Below, one piece after another: positions 11,686 to 25,100 of a stretch of DNA of 64,000 bases. The stretch covers positions 107,756,001 through 107,820,000 of the forward strand of contig NC_135656.1 in assembly GCF_964188315.1 (NCBI RefSeq), in the 5' to 3' direction. The translations under genes and the position numbers were made by a program. The stretch comes from Podarcis muralis. Lineage: Eukaryota. The notes beneath the pieces were generated by a model. That model did no database searches. It saw nothing but the letters and a program-made list of their open reading frames with translations, and was not told the DNA's origin. Within the stretch, counting starts at the first letter, position 1. Each line of letters begins with the position of its first letter.

Positions 11686-14600
11686 CTAAACTGTTCCTGA
11701 GGCCTGGATTTCGCCATCTCGGGCCTCATTCTTCACATCTTTCTCCTGAACAGGTGGTATGCAACCTTCTTCAGATTTCCCTGCAAATGGAAAAAAGAGA
11801 GCGTAGGAGGAAAGAACTGATCAACAGAAGATCGCTCCTCATGCAGGAGATCTAATTACAGTGGTGCCCCGCAAGACGAATGCCTCGCAAGACGGAAAAC
11901 CCGCTAGACGAAAGGGTTTTCCGTTTTGGAGGTGCTTCGCAAAACGAATTTCCTATGGGCTTGCTTCACAAGACGAAAATGTCTTGCGAGTTCCTGCAGG
12001 GTTTTTTTCCTCCCCCCCCCTTTTTTCCAAGCCGCTAAGCCGCTTATCAGCTGATCCGCTAAGCCGCTTAACAGCTGATCCGCTAAGACGCTAAGACGCT
12101 TAACAGCTGATCGCTAAGCCGCTTATCAGCTGATCTGCTAAGTCGCTTAACAGCTGATCCGCTAAGCCGCTAAGCCGCTTAACAGCTGATCCGCTAAGCC
12201 GCTTAACAGCTGATCCGCTAAGCCGCTTAACAGCTGATCCGCTAAGCTGCTAAGCCTCTTATCAGCTGATCCGCTAAGCCCGCTAAGCCGCTAATAGCGC
12301 TAATCCGCTAATCCGCTAATGGGCTTGCTTCGCAAAACGAAAAAACCGCAAGACGAAGAGACTCGCGGAACGGATTCTTTTCGTCTTGAAAGGCACCACT
12401 GTAGTTTCCTGTTTTAAATCAAAAGCAGGCCGAAATCCTCCCACTCTGAATTGTTATGGTACCCTTTGTGCCCCATTGAAGATAGCATCCTAAGCTCATT
12501 CAAGGGAAAAGTACTCTGAGGTGGCTGAGGGGAGCAAGTATTCCCTTCCTCCGCTCACTTTTTAACAAAAAGGTCTCATCGTGGTGAATCCTACACTGAC
12601 GACAGCAAAGCTTTTTGATCCTCAGGCTCTAGCCTTCATGTCTCCTGTCCTAGAACGCTGCAGGGACTAAAAATGAATTTTAAAAAATGAAAAAGGAGGA
12701 TGGGGAACACATGGCCTTCCAGATGTTGTTTGCTTGTAATGCTCATCCCTGACCACTAACCACTATGGATGAACAGATCTGCCCATTTTGGTTCTCCCAG
12801 GTTCTCATTTCTCTGTTCTTAATTTCAGTTCTCTGCATTTTTTGCACAATTGGCTATATACATATATATATATATATATATATTCATGAAAATTTGTGTA
12901 GCAGATAATATGATGTGGTTCAGTTGGTAGCTTAATATTCTCGCTGTATTTTTAATGTTCCATAAACCCAGAGGTTAAGCCAGTGATGGCGTCAGGAGAG
13001 GAGCAGGAACCTTGGAGCTCTGAAGGAACAATACTGCCATATGGAGTTTTTAGAGAACTCACTTGCTTCTAATGCATTTGCTAGATGAGTGGCCAGGAAA
13101 GCACATCGTGGACCAGGTGGCATCCATTTGTGCTGGGCTGCCTCTGTGGTGATGTGGAAGATGTTCTGCTCTGTGGCATTGTAGACGGGCCACTGTTCTT
13201 CTTTCGGCGCAGACTCAGTGGGATTCCTATAGAGGCAGCAAAGAAATCATTGCCACATTGCGACTTCAGACTGATTTAAAGCAGACATTGCTGACTTGAT
13301 TGTCAGCATCGAGTTGTCATCCCTAGAATATTTTCAGTCCTGAAATCCCACGATCAGTTATCAAATGGAGAGGGGCATTAAACGTATTAAAAGGGCATGT
13401 CTGTATATATAGGCAGGCATACTTAGTCCTTGACACAGAAAGGTTAATACCTTACCCGCTTCTGGCAAACTCCGCCCAGTATCGCATCACTCGCCGGCTC
13501 AATTCCACCTCCATCTCCGATGGGTCTTTCCGCAATGACGCTGCCAAGTTTCCAAACAAGTAGGGGATCTCTGCTCCGTGGGGGGTCCCTATCCACTCTG
13601 GCCAAGGAAAGCCAGAACTGCGGTGGCTGAAGGAATAAACATAAGCTGGGCTCCCAACCTCCCTGGCCTTTGCAGCAAACTCCATCACTGGGCATAAAAA
13701 GGGATAATCTCCCAAATACTGAATCAAGGCCAAACGGTACCGCTCTGGCCCTTGAAAGTATTCAGCATACTTCAGGCCTATAGCCCTGGCAACCTCTTCT
13801 GTTTTCAGAGTTTCCAGCACCCGCTCAAGAAGCTGTTCCCAGGTCAGGATCCCATCATTTACTTCAGCACTAGGAAGCATAAGGTATACCAGGAATGAGT
13901 CTTCATTAGCCGTGACACCAGTAAGAATGGGTTTGCCTTGAATGCCTCTCTCCAGGAGCTTTCGGGGGTCATCGGTGAGAAATTCCCCATCCGTTGTTAT
14001 TGATCTGATACCACAGAGTTCAGAAAGTGCATGGCTCTCAATTTCCTTCCCCTGTAGGCAGCTGACCATCGCACTGTGATTAGTTTTAGGACACCCCATG
14101 AGCTGACTCAACATCGCTGATTCTCTTTCAGCCTTTTCCGGACTCCTCCAGACCCAGTGGGCAGTGGGAACTCCACTATGAAACACACCACGGGCAACAA
14201 GGGGTTGGCTTGCCGGTGAAAGTAGGTGGAAACCTGCTAAAGCTCCTCCTTCACCTAAGCCAAGGAGAGTCAACCGAGCTGGATCCCCGCCAAAGACAGC
14301 TGCATTCTCACTCACCCACTTCAGAGCCAGATGTTGGTCCCACAACGCAACATTTCCTGGGGCAGCTGGAGGCAGGTACAGGAAACCCAGGGTCCCCATG
14401 CGGAAATTCAAGTTGCACACAATGACATTCTCTGTAGCAGCTAATAAGCCTCCATTTAAGACATCTGCTGAGGCTGAGTTCATGCTAAAGCCCCCACCAT
14501 GGATCCATACAAGGATGGGCACTGGTGTGACTGGCCGTGGATGGGGCACCCAGATGTTGAGGAACAGGCAGTCCTCTGAAAGTGGTGTGTTTGGAGTCCA

Positions 14601-14906
14601 TATGGGTCGATCAGGGAAGGAATCGTTATTAAACTGAAGGCAAGAGTTGCCAAAGGTGGTGGCCTCCAAGACCTGGCTCCACGGCTGATGTGGAACCGGC
14701 TTCTGGAAACGCAGTTTGCCTATGGGGGGCTCAGCATAGGGGATGCCCAGGTAGGCGGTCACAGAGCCAGAGCCAGCCGGGAGTCTTTTGCCTCTAATAG
14801 GACCGCTGCTGGTGACCACCACAGTATCATCTTCAGAGGCAGAGCTGGAAGCCAGGAGGAAGAGGAGGAGGCACAAGGAGGAGGGTGAAGTCCGGAAACA
14901 ACGCAT
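11686..14906 (-). CDS. Gene B: secreted cholinesterase-like protein, catalytic Ser->Gly (pseudoenzyme), 569 aa; join(14906..13456, 13226..13063, 11780..11686)
   Basis: Same domain motifs; elbow GLGEG (GGT at 14253..14255); canonical GT/AG sites; last exon RKSEEGCIPPVQEKDVKNEARDGEIQASGTV*. Confidence 0.9.
11859..12401. mobile_element. Tc1/mariner-type MITE with internal 24-bp tandem array (gctaagccgcttaacagctgatcc), intron 3 of B
   Basis: TIR cagtggtgcc...ggcaccactg, TA duplication; array ~12025..12320; absent in A and C. Confidence 0.85.
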
Positions 14907-15125
14907 AGCGTCTGCAGCTGAAAGAATCAGAAATAGGAGTGGCATGGGGCAGCGGCGTAGGAAGGGGGCAGGGGGGCAGGTCAGCCCAGGTGCCATCACG
15001 GAGGGGGTCACAAATTATCAAAGAACAATTACTGCCCTACTAGGGCGGTTTATAAAAGACTTTTTTTAAAAAAAATGCCTGCGCCAAAGGTCTTATCTTC
15101 CTACACTAGGGATTATATAGCTATA

Positions 15126-15367
15126 CAGTCGTACCTTGGGTTACATACGTTTCAGGTTACATACACTTCATACACTTCAGGTTACAGACTCTGCTAACCC
15201 AGAAATAGTACCTCGGGTAAGAACTTTGCTTCAGGATGATAACAGAAATTGTGCTCCGGCAGCAGCAGGAGGCCCCATTAGCTAAAGTGGTGCTTCAGGT
15301 TAAGAACAGTTTCAGGTTAAGAACGGACCTCCGGAACAAATTAAGTTCTTAACCCGAGGTACCACTG
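15126..15367. mobile_element. MITE family 1, intron 1 of B (shared with C at 25642..25876)
   Basis: TIR and TA duplication; identical flanks in B and C. Confidence 0.85.
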
Positions 15368-15537
15368 TATATGAAATTTCGTGCATATCAGTTAATATCT
15401 TGACCCTCCTCCATGAAAATAGCTGTTTACTCAGCCGTTTTCCTATGTAGTGAAGGCTGAAATTTCAATTCAGTGGAGCAGGGTCAAGATATGAACTTAT
15501 ATGCATGAAATTTCAGATATATCTATATAATCCCTAT

Positions 15538-16470
15538 AATAATAATAATAATAATTTATTATTTATACCCCGCCCATCTGGCTGAGTTTCCCCAGCCACT
15601 CTGGGCGGCTCCCAATCAGTGTTAAAAACAGTACAGCGTTACATATTAAAAACTTCCCTGAACAAGGCTGCCTTAAGATGTCTTCTGAATGTCAGGTAAT
15701 TATTTATCTCTTTGACATCTGATGGGAGGGCGTTCCACAGGGCGGGCGCCACTTCTGAGAAGGCCCTCTGTCTGGTTCCCTGTAGCCTCACTTCTCGTAA
15801 CGAGGGAACCGCCAGAAGGCCCTCGGCGCTGGATCTCAGTGTCCGGGCTGAACGATGGGGGTGGAGACGCTCCTTCAGGTATACAGGACCGAGGCCGTTT
15901 AGGGCTTTAAAGGTCAGCACCAACACTTTGAATCGTGCTCGGAAACGTACTGGGAGCCAACGCAGATCTCTCAGAACCGGTGTTATGTGGTCCCGGCGGC
16001 CACTCCTAGTCACCAGTCTAGCTGCCGCATTCTGGATTAATTGCAGCCCCACGTAGAGCGCGTTGCAGTAGTCCAAGTGTGAGATAACTAGAGCATGCAC
16101 CACTCTGGGGAGACAGTTCGTGGGCAGGTAGGGTCTCAGCCTGCGTACCAGGTGGAGCTGGTAGACAGCTGCCCTGGACACAGAGTTAACCTGCGCCTCC
16201 ATGGACAGCTGTGAGTCCAAAATGACTCCCAGGCTGCGCACCTGGTCCTTCAGGGGCACAGTTACCCCATTCAAGACCAGGGAATCCCCCACACCAACCC
16301 GCTCCCTGTCCCCCAAAAACAGTACTTCTGTCTTGTCAGGATTCAACCTCAATCTGTTAGCCGCCATCCATCCAACCGCCTCCAGACACTCACACAGGAC
16401 CTTCACCGCCTTCACTGGTTCTGATTTAAAGGAGAGGTAGAGCTGGGTGTCATCTGCACACAGATGACAC
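15538..16470 (-). mobile_element. 5'-truncated L2 LINE in intron 1 of B
   Basis: ORF 15639..16499 has ADDTQLYLSF...LRLNPDKTEVL...LDYCNALY (L2 RT C-terminus); (ATT)n tail at 15538..15560; absent from C. Confidence 0.9.
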
Positions 16471-17077
16471 CCTAGTGTAATAAGATTTGGAGCAGGCATT
16501 TTTTTTATTTTTTTAAAAAGGGTTTTTTATGAACCGCCCTACTGCCCTAACCTCTGCTGGGCTTCCTGGGTCCTGGAAAGTCGGGCTATGCGAAGAGACT
16601 AGGCTGAGTAGATTAGGCTTTGCCTTGCCTTCACTCCACCCCCTGCATGCAACCGATTGGCTAGCTGGGTTGGAGGCAGGGCGAAGGCAAGGCAAGGCCG
16701 AATCTACTCAGCCTAGTCTCATTTTCTTCACATAGGCCGACTTTCTGGGCTGCTGGGAAAGCCTGACAAGGCCGCTGCCTGTCCTGCGCACCCCCTTCAG
16801 GCCCCAATCCACCTCTGAAAAGTCTCTGCTTCCCCCAAAAGCGGAGCGTGTGGGACAGTGACAGTGCCACCGCCCAGTTTGCCCATGCGTGGCACCAGGA
16901 GGAGCAGCTCCATGCCGTCCTCAGCAGGGCAGCCTCCCCTTTGCCCTCAGTCTCCCCTGCATGAAGCTAGGACCTCCCAAAGGCAGTTGTGTAATTAAAA
17001 GAAGATGAGAAAAATCAGCAAAGCAATTCTGTGGCTAACTGACCAATTCCTTTAAGTAGGGTCTATTAATGAAGTTC

Positions 17078-17437
17078 GGACACGGGTGGCGCTGTGGGTA
17101 AAACCTCAGTGCCTAGGACTTGCCGATCGCATGGTCGGCGGTTCGAATCCCCGCAGTGGGGTGAGCTCCCGTTGTTCAGTCCCAGCTCCTGCCCACCTAG
17201 CAGTTCGAAAGCACCCCCGGGTGCAAGTAGATAAATAGGTACCGCTTTGTAGCGGGAAGGTAACGGTGTTTCCGTGTGCTGCGCTGGTGCTGGCTCACCA
17301 GAGCAGCTTCGTCACGCTGGCCACGTGACCCGGAAGTGTCTTCGGACAGCGCTGGCTCCCGGCCTCTTAAGCGAGATGAGCACGCAACCCCAGAGTCGGA
17401 CACGACTGGCCCGTATGGGCAGGGGTACCTTTACCTT
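17078..17437 (+). mobile_element. Sauria SINE, intron 1 of B
   Basis: Full length, 14-bp TSD tattaatgaagttc; empty site in C at ~26658. Confidence 0.95.
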
Positions 17438-19074
17438 TATTAATGAAGTTCACACTTTTGACAACCAGTCTGATGCTTTTGCAGAAAAATATTCCTAGAC
17501 ACAAGACTTTTATTTTTTATTTTTTAAGCCCTTTCAGTCTCCCATCTCGAGGCTAAGTACAGCAAACTGTACATTCCCACCCCTCTCCCCAAGGCTGGGT
17601 TGTTTACTTCTGTGTGCTTGTGTATCTGTGTCTCCCTTGTATCTATTAGGGACTTTCCTTTCCTTTGCTATCTATGCTACTGATTACTTCTGCCATTTTA
17701 ATTTTAGAGAAAGTTTAGTTTAAAAAGGATCTGTACTATAGAATAACAGCGGTAACAATACATTGAAGACAAGTAAATATTTTGGGGAGGGTGGTCCCAG
17801 AGCCCTAGCGCCACCATCCCAAAGAGGATAAAATGGGCGGACTTTGGTACTCTTTTGTCCTCCCCTCCACCAATGTATCACTATCTGAGCTGGCTCTCTG
17901 CCTGTTGCGTTACATGCGGGGAAACCCATGTGGGGTTCCTCTCTGTGTAAAGTCTTCAAGCTGTGCCTGCGCGCGCCTGACTAATCTGCCCCATTGTCAA
18001 AATTTATCTTTTCCCCCACCTCCAGTCTCCGTTGTTGCATGTCCTGGCTGAGGGGAAAAACAGAAGAAGGATGGCCATCAGTCAGGGGTGGTCTAGTTGA
18101 AATTCCTGCATTGCCCCAGGAGTTTCGCTAAATGACCCTCAGGGGTCTCTTCCAACTCTACAATTCTCTGGTGCAGGCTTGTGCAGAGTTTTAGGTACAA
18201 GTTGGATGCAAGGGGTGCATAGGATTGCAGCCCGTCTTATGCACCGTGGGCTCAGGAATAAGTCCCACTGTTCATGATGAGACTAGATTGCTGCTATGCA
18301 GTCCTGTTATTTAAATAAATGTTTTCCTTTTCGGATAATACAGAGCATGGTGAAATCACAATAAGTAAAACCACCCCTTCAGTAGTTTCAAGCACTACTA
18401 CAGGTTCCACATAATATCTGTACTGTATTGTTTACTGTGACAGCAACTGCACTTTGGAACTCCTCGCCTATTGCAACAAAGCATGTGCCTTTGCTAGACT
18501 CTTTTCGGGCACCTGCTAAAAGCATTCTTCTTTAGGCAAGCATACCTAGATGCTTAGGAAGTTGAAGTAATTTCAATCTTTTGTATGTTTTAAAGTAGGA
18601 TTGTTAATTTTTCTTGATTCTATCTACTGCTGTGGTGTGTTTTGGGGTTTTTTTTTTTTTGTTTTGGTAAACCACTTTGCAGGTTTTTTAAAATAATTTT
18701 TATTAAATAAATAAACAATAAATATAAATACAATAACACAAGCCATCACTTGATCATGCACATCTATCTTCACAGCTACACCTTAAATAGAGAAATTGAA
18801 GAGAGTCCCCTTCTTGTTCAAATCTGCTGGGGCATCTACACCCAGTTACTCAAAGCATCACCAAACTGCACTATGGGTGAAGTTTCTCCACAACTACTCG
18901 AGTTTCTGATTTCCATTCATATGGCAGATCCTCTACCTATTCTCCCATTCTCATTCATTTTTTAGAAGCACTCTGATTTGTGGTCTAGGGTTGTTGTGGT
19001 TCCAGTTTTTGGTAATGTTCTGAGTTATCCCCCATGGCCAACTCACATCGCATTTATGTTCCTTACAGACTCAC

Positions 19075-19235
19075 CCTGATGGGGTTCTCCTCCTCCCTGA
19101 TGGGGTTCTCCTGCTCCCCTGCAGCTCACTCTGAAGAGGAGAGTTAGGTACTGCTGAGGATCCAGACCCTTATATGAAAAACACCTGGGCGTGTGAGCAT
19201 CTGCCCATCTGTACGTATGCAAAAGTCAATGACCG
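19075..19235 (-). promoter_or_regulatory. putative exon 1 and promoter of gene B
   Basis: Donor CAGG|GTGAGT at 19074; CATATAAG TATA box ~19169..19176; a ~22-bp segment (ccctgatggggttctcct) is duplicated in the exon. Confidence 0.6.
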
Positions 19236-19585
19236 ACTGGCTTTGCTCACCCAGTGGGAGGAGGCTACACCTTGGCAGCATCCAAATGTATGTCAGGGGT
19301 CAGAGAGACCTTGCTTTTACATAAATTGGGGGAAGGTGCAGGGGGAAAGACAAAGGGCTGCCTCCAAAATAAGTCATACTCAGAGGAGACCCACCACAAT
19401 TAAAGGACATGACTATGATAGGACCATTGATTTCCATGTGTCCACTCTGAGTAGAACTTAAAAGGATTCAGCCCAAAGTTATTGCAATCCTCCTGTCCTT
19501 TGGCTACGGAGTAATACCAATGTCCACAAATACAACCAACCAGTAGCCTGGCTCTCAGAACAAAATGCAGTGCTTAAGTGAAAAC

Positions 19586-19888
19586 CAGTGTGGTGTAGTG
19601 GTTAAGAGAGGTAGTCTCGTAATCTGGGGAACCGGGTTCGCGTCTCCGCTCCTCCACATGCAGCTGCTGGGTGACCTTGGGCCAGTCACACTTCTCTGAA
19701 GTCTCTCAGCCTCACTCACCTCACAGAGTGTTTGCTGTGAGGGAGGAAGGGAAAGGAGAATGTTAGCCGCTCTGAGACTCCTGAAGGGGAGTGAAAGGCG
19801 GGATATCAAAGCCAAACTCCTCCTCCTCCTCCTCCTCCTCCTCCTCTTCTTCTTCTTCTTCTTCTTCTTCTTCTTCTTCTTCTTCTTC
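19586..19888 (+). mobile_element. tRNA-derived SINE (second family) with (CTC)n(TTC)n tail; shared with C (33481..33750)
   Basis: Head cagtgtggtgtagtggttaagag; absent at the matching site upstream of D (~43480). Confidence 0.8.
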
Positions 19889-20278
19889 TGTCAGCACAAG
19901 GGGCTTGTCATGGGCCAGGAGTCGGCTTCACCTGCTGAGCAGCAGCCTGAAGTTGCAGAAGGCAGAGTGACTCCACCTGCTGCTGATCAACCTTCTAGCT
20001 CATGAGGAGAACCAGATGGCTCCAGCTTTCTAAAGCAGGGTTTGCAGCGTCAGTCAGTTGCTAGAAACAACATTTGTCATTCCTGGCCAGACCTTGCTGC
20101 TTTTTGCTTCTTGTGACCCTGGACTCTCAACTTCCTTGATCCCCCGGACTGTTAAACTACGTGAAGTGAGATACTCCTGACTTTAGGACTGGACTGAACT
20201 TTGTGTACGGACTCTGCCTCCAGGCAAATACCCACCCAGGCAAATACCCACCCAGACAGATGGGCGAGATATAAATAA

Positions 20279-20313
<35 letters not shown>

Positions 20314-20476
20314 GCAAATAATCTGTAGGAAAATGAGAAACTGAAGCGGACAAATTTGCTTCTGTAGAATGAGAAAAACTCCTGATGGATCTAGGGTCAG
20401 CCTTAGCATTAGGGCAGAGAAAGACTATTGCCTTAGAAGGCTGATGCTGGAGTGATGGGGAGTTTTAGCGAGTGTG

Positions 20477-20515
<39 letters not shown>

Positions 20516-21719
20516 CACTCCTCCTGGAAACCATGGAAAAGATGGGCATATCTGTCCATTTCAGTTTCTCGTTTCTTCCCTTCTTAAATTCAATTTCTCC
20601 ACATTTCCACATCAGTTGGTCATTTTCTAAAAGAACATCCTCGTGAAAATTCACGGGCATTTTAGTGCGAGTGTCTCTCCTAATATATATATATTTATGC
20701 AATTTTGCCCAATACTCATATCTCTGCAAACTAATTTCCCCTAATATAACACATTTTTGTATGTCATTTTCTCCAATATATGCCTTTCTACGCACACTTG
20801 ACCCTAGTAATATGTGTTTTGGTAAACATTGCTTGACTGGAAAATTGCATTGCAAAATTCAGAGAATTGCACATTTTGAAGGATCTCTGTGCTTTGGTTG
20901 GTATGTTGCAACAGAAAATGTGAATTAGGTAAACTTGCCTTTCAATGCAAACTAAATGGAATTTCCCCCTCATCCCTGTCAGCATTCCCCTCAGTAGGAG
21001 ATTAGGGCTGTATGGGCCACAAGTTATGCAAACCAGGAAGCTAGGCTGCTGCCCTCAAATTGCCAGTGTTGAAAGTAGTGGTCATTGAATTATGGATCAG
21101 TCGATTTCTTGTCCAGATAAGTCTTGCGTGCTTCATTTAAGTTTTATTCATCAGTTCTTCCCATCCCAATGTGTGATAAAAGCCCTTTAAAAACTACGTG
21201 AACATTTGCATTATATTTGAAACAGTTTCCCTCCCACAAAATGTGCATTTTGTACATGCTTTGTGCATTTTATGCATGTTTTGACTTAGCATATCTATCT
21301 TATATGCATTTTGTTATGTTTTTGCACTGAGAACCGGATCATAGTATTTAGTGTGCTGTCGAAAACCAAATCATACCTATGTTCTGTTTCCAGGATGTGC
21401 AAATTACATCGGCTCAATTAGAAGAATGCAGACTGAGCAAACATTTCAAGGATCTTTATTAGGAATAAGTTGTTGGCAAAGCATTAAAATTCTGTAAATG
21501 AGATGGAGGCAAAGGGGGTGACCCAGCTAACCTTGATTAGAACAAGGCTCACACCATTCCCTTCAGTTTTTCTGCCACTCAAGCAGTCAGTATCTATATA
21601 TACTTAGTGTGTGAAGAGGCTATCCAAAATTCACAGGCCAGTCTCACTGGCCATCCTACCTAGGGAATGTGTGGTTGGCACCGTTCCAGATCCCCATTCT
21701 TCTTGAAGAAACCCAAGTA

Positions 21720-21962
21720 CAGTGGTACCTCAGGTTACAAATTGCTTCAGGTTGCATACACTTCAGGTTACAGACTCTGCTAACCCAGAAATAATACCTC
21801 AGGTTAAGAACTTTGCTTCAGGATGAGAACAGAAATCATGCTCCGGCGGCGCAGCAGCAGCGGGATGCCCCATTAGCTAAAGTGGTGCTTCAGGTTAAGA
21901 ACAGTTTCAGGTTAAGAACGGACCTCCGGAACGAATTAAGTACTTAACCTGAGGTACCACTG
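21720..21962. mobile_element. MITE family 1, 3' flank of C (same insertion as 2597)
   Basis: TIR, TA duplication, same flanks as in A. Confidence 0.85.
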
Positions 21963-22114
21963 TATTCTGGAGATACCAAATGCCTGAAAAGGGTTTACAT
22001 TTTTATTCAATTCATATCACAGTAATTTATTTCCTCGTTCAGGTTTATTGCAATGAATAGCTATGCTACCGTATGTTTTGTACATGGCTGCAGATCCCTC
22101 AGAGTTTGTCCTAG

Positions 22115-25100
22115 CTAAACAGTTCCTGAGGCATGGTTTTCGCCATCTCGGGCGTCATTCTTCACATCTTTCTCCTGAACAGGTGGTATACAACCTTCTT
22201 CAGATTTCCCTGCAAAAGGAAAAATAAACAATGGTTAGGGGAAATAATTGATCAACAGAAGATCAAACTCCTTTTGCAGGCGATCTGATTAGTCTCCCAG
22301 TTTTTGTTTTCCATCAAAAGCAGGCCAGAATCCTTCCACCCTGCATTCTTATGGTACTCCTCATGCCCCACTGAAGATGGGGTCCTAAGCTGCTTCACAG
22401 GAAGTTCTCTGAGGCATCCAAGGGGAGCAAGTATTCCCTTCCCCAGCTCACATTTTTGAAAATGCTTTATCGCAGTGGCTTCTGCAGTGAGGCCAGCAAG
22501 GCTCCAGCCATCATGTCTCCTGTACCAGAATGCTGCAGGAACTAAAAATGAATTTTAAAAAATGAAAAAGGAGGATGGTGAACACATGGCCCTCCAGATG
22601 TTATTGGCCTGTAATGCTCAACCTTGACCACTAACCACTATGGATGAACAGATCTGCCCATTTTGGTTCTCCCAGCTTCTCATTTCTCTGTTCTTATGAT
22701 TCAGTTCTCCACATTTCTCCAGCAATTGGCAATTAAAAAAAACAAAACTCATGAAATGTTGTGTTGAAGATAACATAACTATTCATGTGGTGGCTCTTAT
22801 TTTAATGTTTGTTAAAGCCTGAAAAAGCCAGAAGATAAGTTAGTAAGGGAGTGGGGAGGAGAGTAGGGACCCTGGAGCACTGAGGGGACAAGGCAGCTGT
22901 GGGGAGTTTGTGGAGGACCTCTGATAAGAGAAAAATGCCCCCTTTTAATAAAATCCCTTCTCCATATTTTCATCTAGCAATTGCACTACTAAGGGCTGTA
23001 GGTTCCCAGTCCAGAGCTGGGTATCCCCCCTTTCCGAAGAGAGCCCTGAACTCACTTGCTTCTATTTCATTTGCTAGATGAGAGGCCAGGAAAGCACATC
23101 GTGAACCAGGTGGCGTCCATTTGTGCTGGGCTGCCTCTGTGGTAATGTGGAAGACGTTCTGCTCTGTAGCATTGTAGACCGGCCACTGTTCCTCATTGGG
23201 CGCAGACCCGGTGGGATTCCTGTAGACGCAACAAAGAAATCAGAGCTTTATTACAGCACCAGACTGATTTCAGGGTGAGGATCCAATGCTTGAAGAAGAC
23301 AGAGCTGACATAAAAGTCAGAAGCAAGCAGTCATCCCTAGAACATTTTCAGTTCTGAAAACCACAGATCAGTTACTAAATGGGAACATTTAGATTTGTAT
23401 ACACTGAAATGTATGTGCACATGTTGTTGTTGTTTACGATGGTTTAATGATCCAGGTTCTGCCATTTACTTATTTTTATTTAATTAAGTGGATTGTCAGA
23501 TGTCGAAGCAGTTTGCAGGAACAGAATAGATATTTTAAAATAATAACATTCAGAAGTTTACAAAAAGTAATCCAAAAAATTAAAAAAATAAAGTATAAAT
23601 AAAATCAGCAGCTGAAAATATTGTTGTGAGTCTGGGGGAGGGTAGCCTGCAAGATGCCGACGTTCCTTGTAATTCTTGGGGTCCAAGACTTACTGGGGGG
23701 TTAATGCTGTCAGCCTCTCCATCATAGCAGCAGGTTGCATATCTGTGTGTGTGCAAATAAACCATATATCCTAAAGACACGCCAGTCTTTATCCCATGGA
23801 AACCAAACCGAGGTTAAACACCTGGAACGCTGAAATCTAGCACCACTCAGATATTGTGATGGTGTGCAACAAGATAATTACTTCATTTATTTTTAAAAAC
23901 ATAGTAAAAGGCATGTTGGCATATATGGGCAGGCATACTTAGTCCTTGGCACAGAAAGGTGAATACCTTACCCGCTTCTGGCAAACTCCGCCCAGTATCG
24001 CATCACTCGCCGGCTCAATTCCACCTCCGCCTCCGATGGGTCTTTCCGCAATGATGCTGCCAAGTTTCCAAACAAGTAGGGGATCTCTGCTCCGTGGGGG
24101 GTCCCTATCCACTCTGGCCAAGGAAAGCCAGAACTGCGGTGGCTGAAGTAGAAAGCATAAACTGGGCTCCCAACTTCCCTGGCCTTTGCAGCAAACTCCA
24201 TCATTGGGCATAAAAGGGGATAATCTCCCAAATACTGAATCAAGGCCAAACGGTACCGCTCTGGCCCTTGAAAGTATTCAGCATACTTCAGGGCTATAGC
24301 CCTGGCAACCTCCTCTGTTTTCAGAGTTTCCAGCACCCGCTCAAGAAGCTGTTCCCAGGTCAGGATCCCATCATTTACTTCAGCACTAGGAAGCATAAGG
24401 TATGCCATGAATGAGTCTTCATTAGCCATGACACCAGTGAGAATGGGTTTGCCTTGAATGCCTCTCTCCAGGAGCTTTCTGGGCTCATCGGTGAGAAATT
24501 CCCCATCTGCTGTTATTGATCTGATACCACAGAGTTCAGAAAGTGCATGGCTCTCAATTTCCTTTCCCTGGAGGCAGCTGACCATCGCACTGTGGTTAGT
24601 TTTAGGACACCCCATGAGCTGACTCAACATCGCTGATTCTCTTTCAGCCTTTTCAGGATTCCTCCAAATCCAGCGGGCAGTGGGAGCTCCACTATGAAGC
24701 ACACCACGGGCAACAAGGGGTTGGCTTGCCGGTGAAAGCAGGTGAAAACCAACTGAGGCTGCTCCAGAACCGAGGCCAAGGAGAGTCAACCGAGCTGGAT
24801 CCCCGCCAAAGACAACTGCATTCTCACTCATCCACTTCAGAGCCAGATGTTGGTCCCACAATGCAACATTTCCTGGGGCAGCTGGCGGCAAGTACAGGAA
24901 ACCTAACATTCCTCCACGGTAATTCATGGAGGCCACAATGACATTCTCTGTAGCAGCTAGTAAGCCTCCATTTAAGACATCTGCTGAGGCTGAGTTCATG
25001 CTAAAACCCCCACCATAGATCCATAGGAGGATGGGCACTGGTGTGACTGGCCGTGGATGGGGCACCCAGATGTTGAGGAAGAGGCAGTCCTCTGAAAGTG

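Larger units (their letters stand above)
14790..20250. repeat. segmental duplication block R (5' end, intron 1 and promoter of B); paralog ~25290..34100 interrupted by Gypsy
   Basis: Colinear near-identity; duplicated spurious ORFs 18750/32657, 19174/33069, 19555/33450, 19760/33655. Confidence 0.9.
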
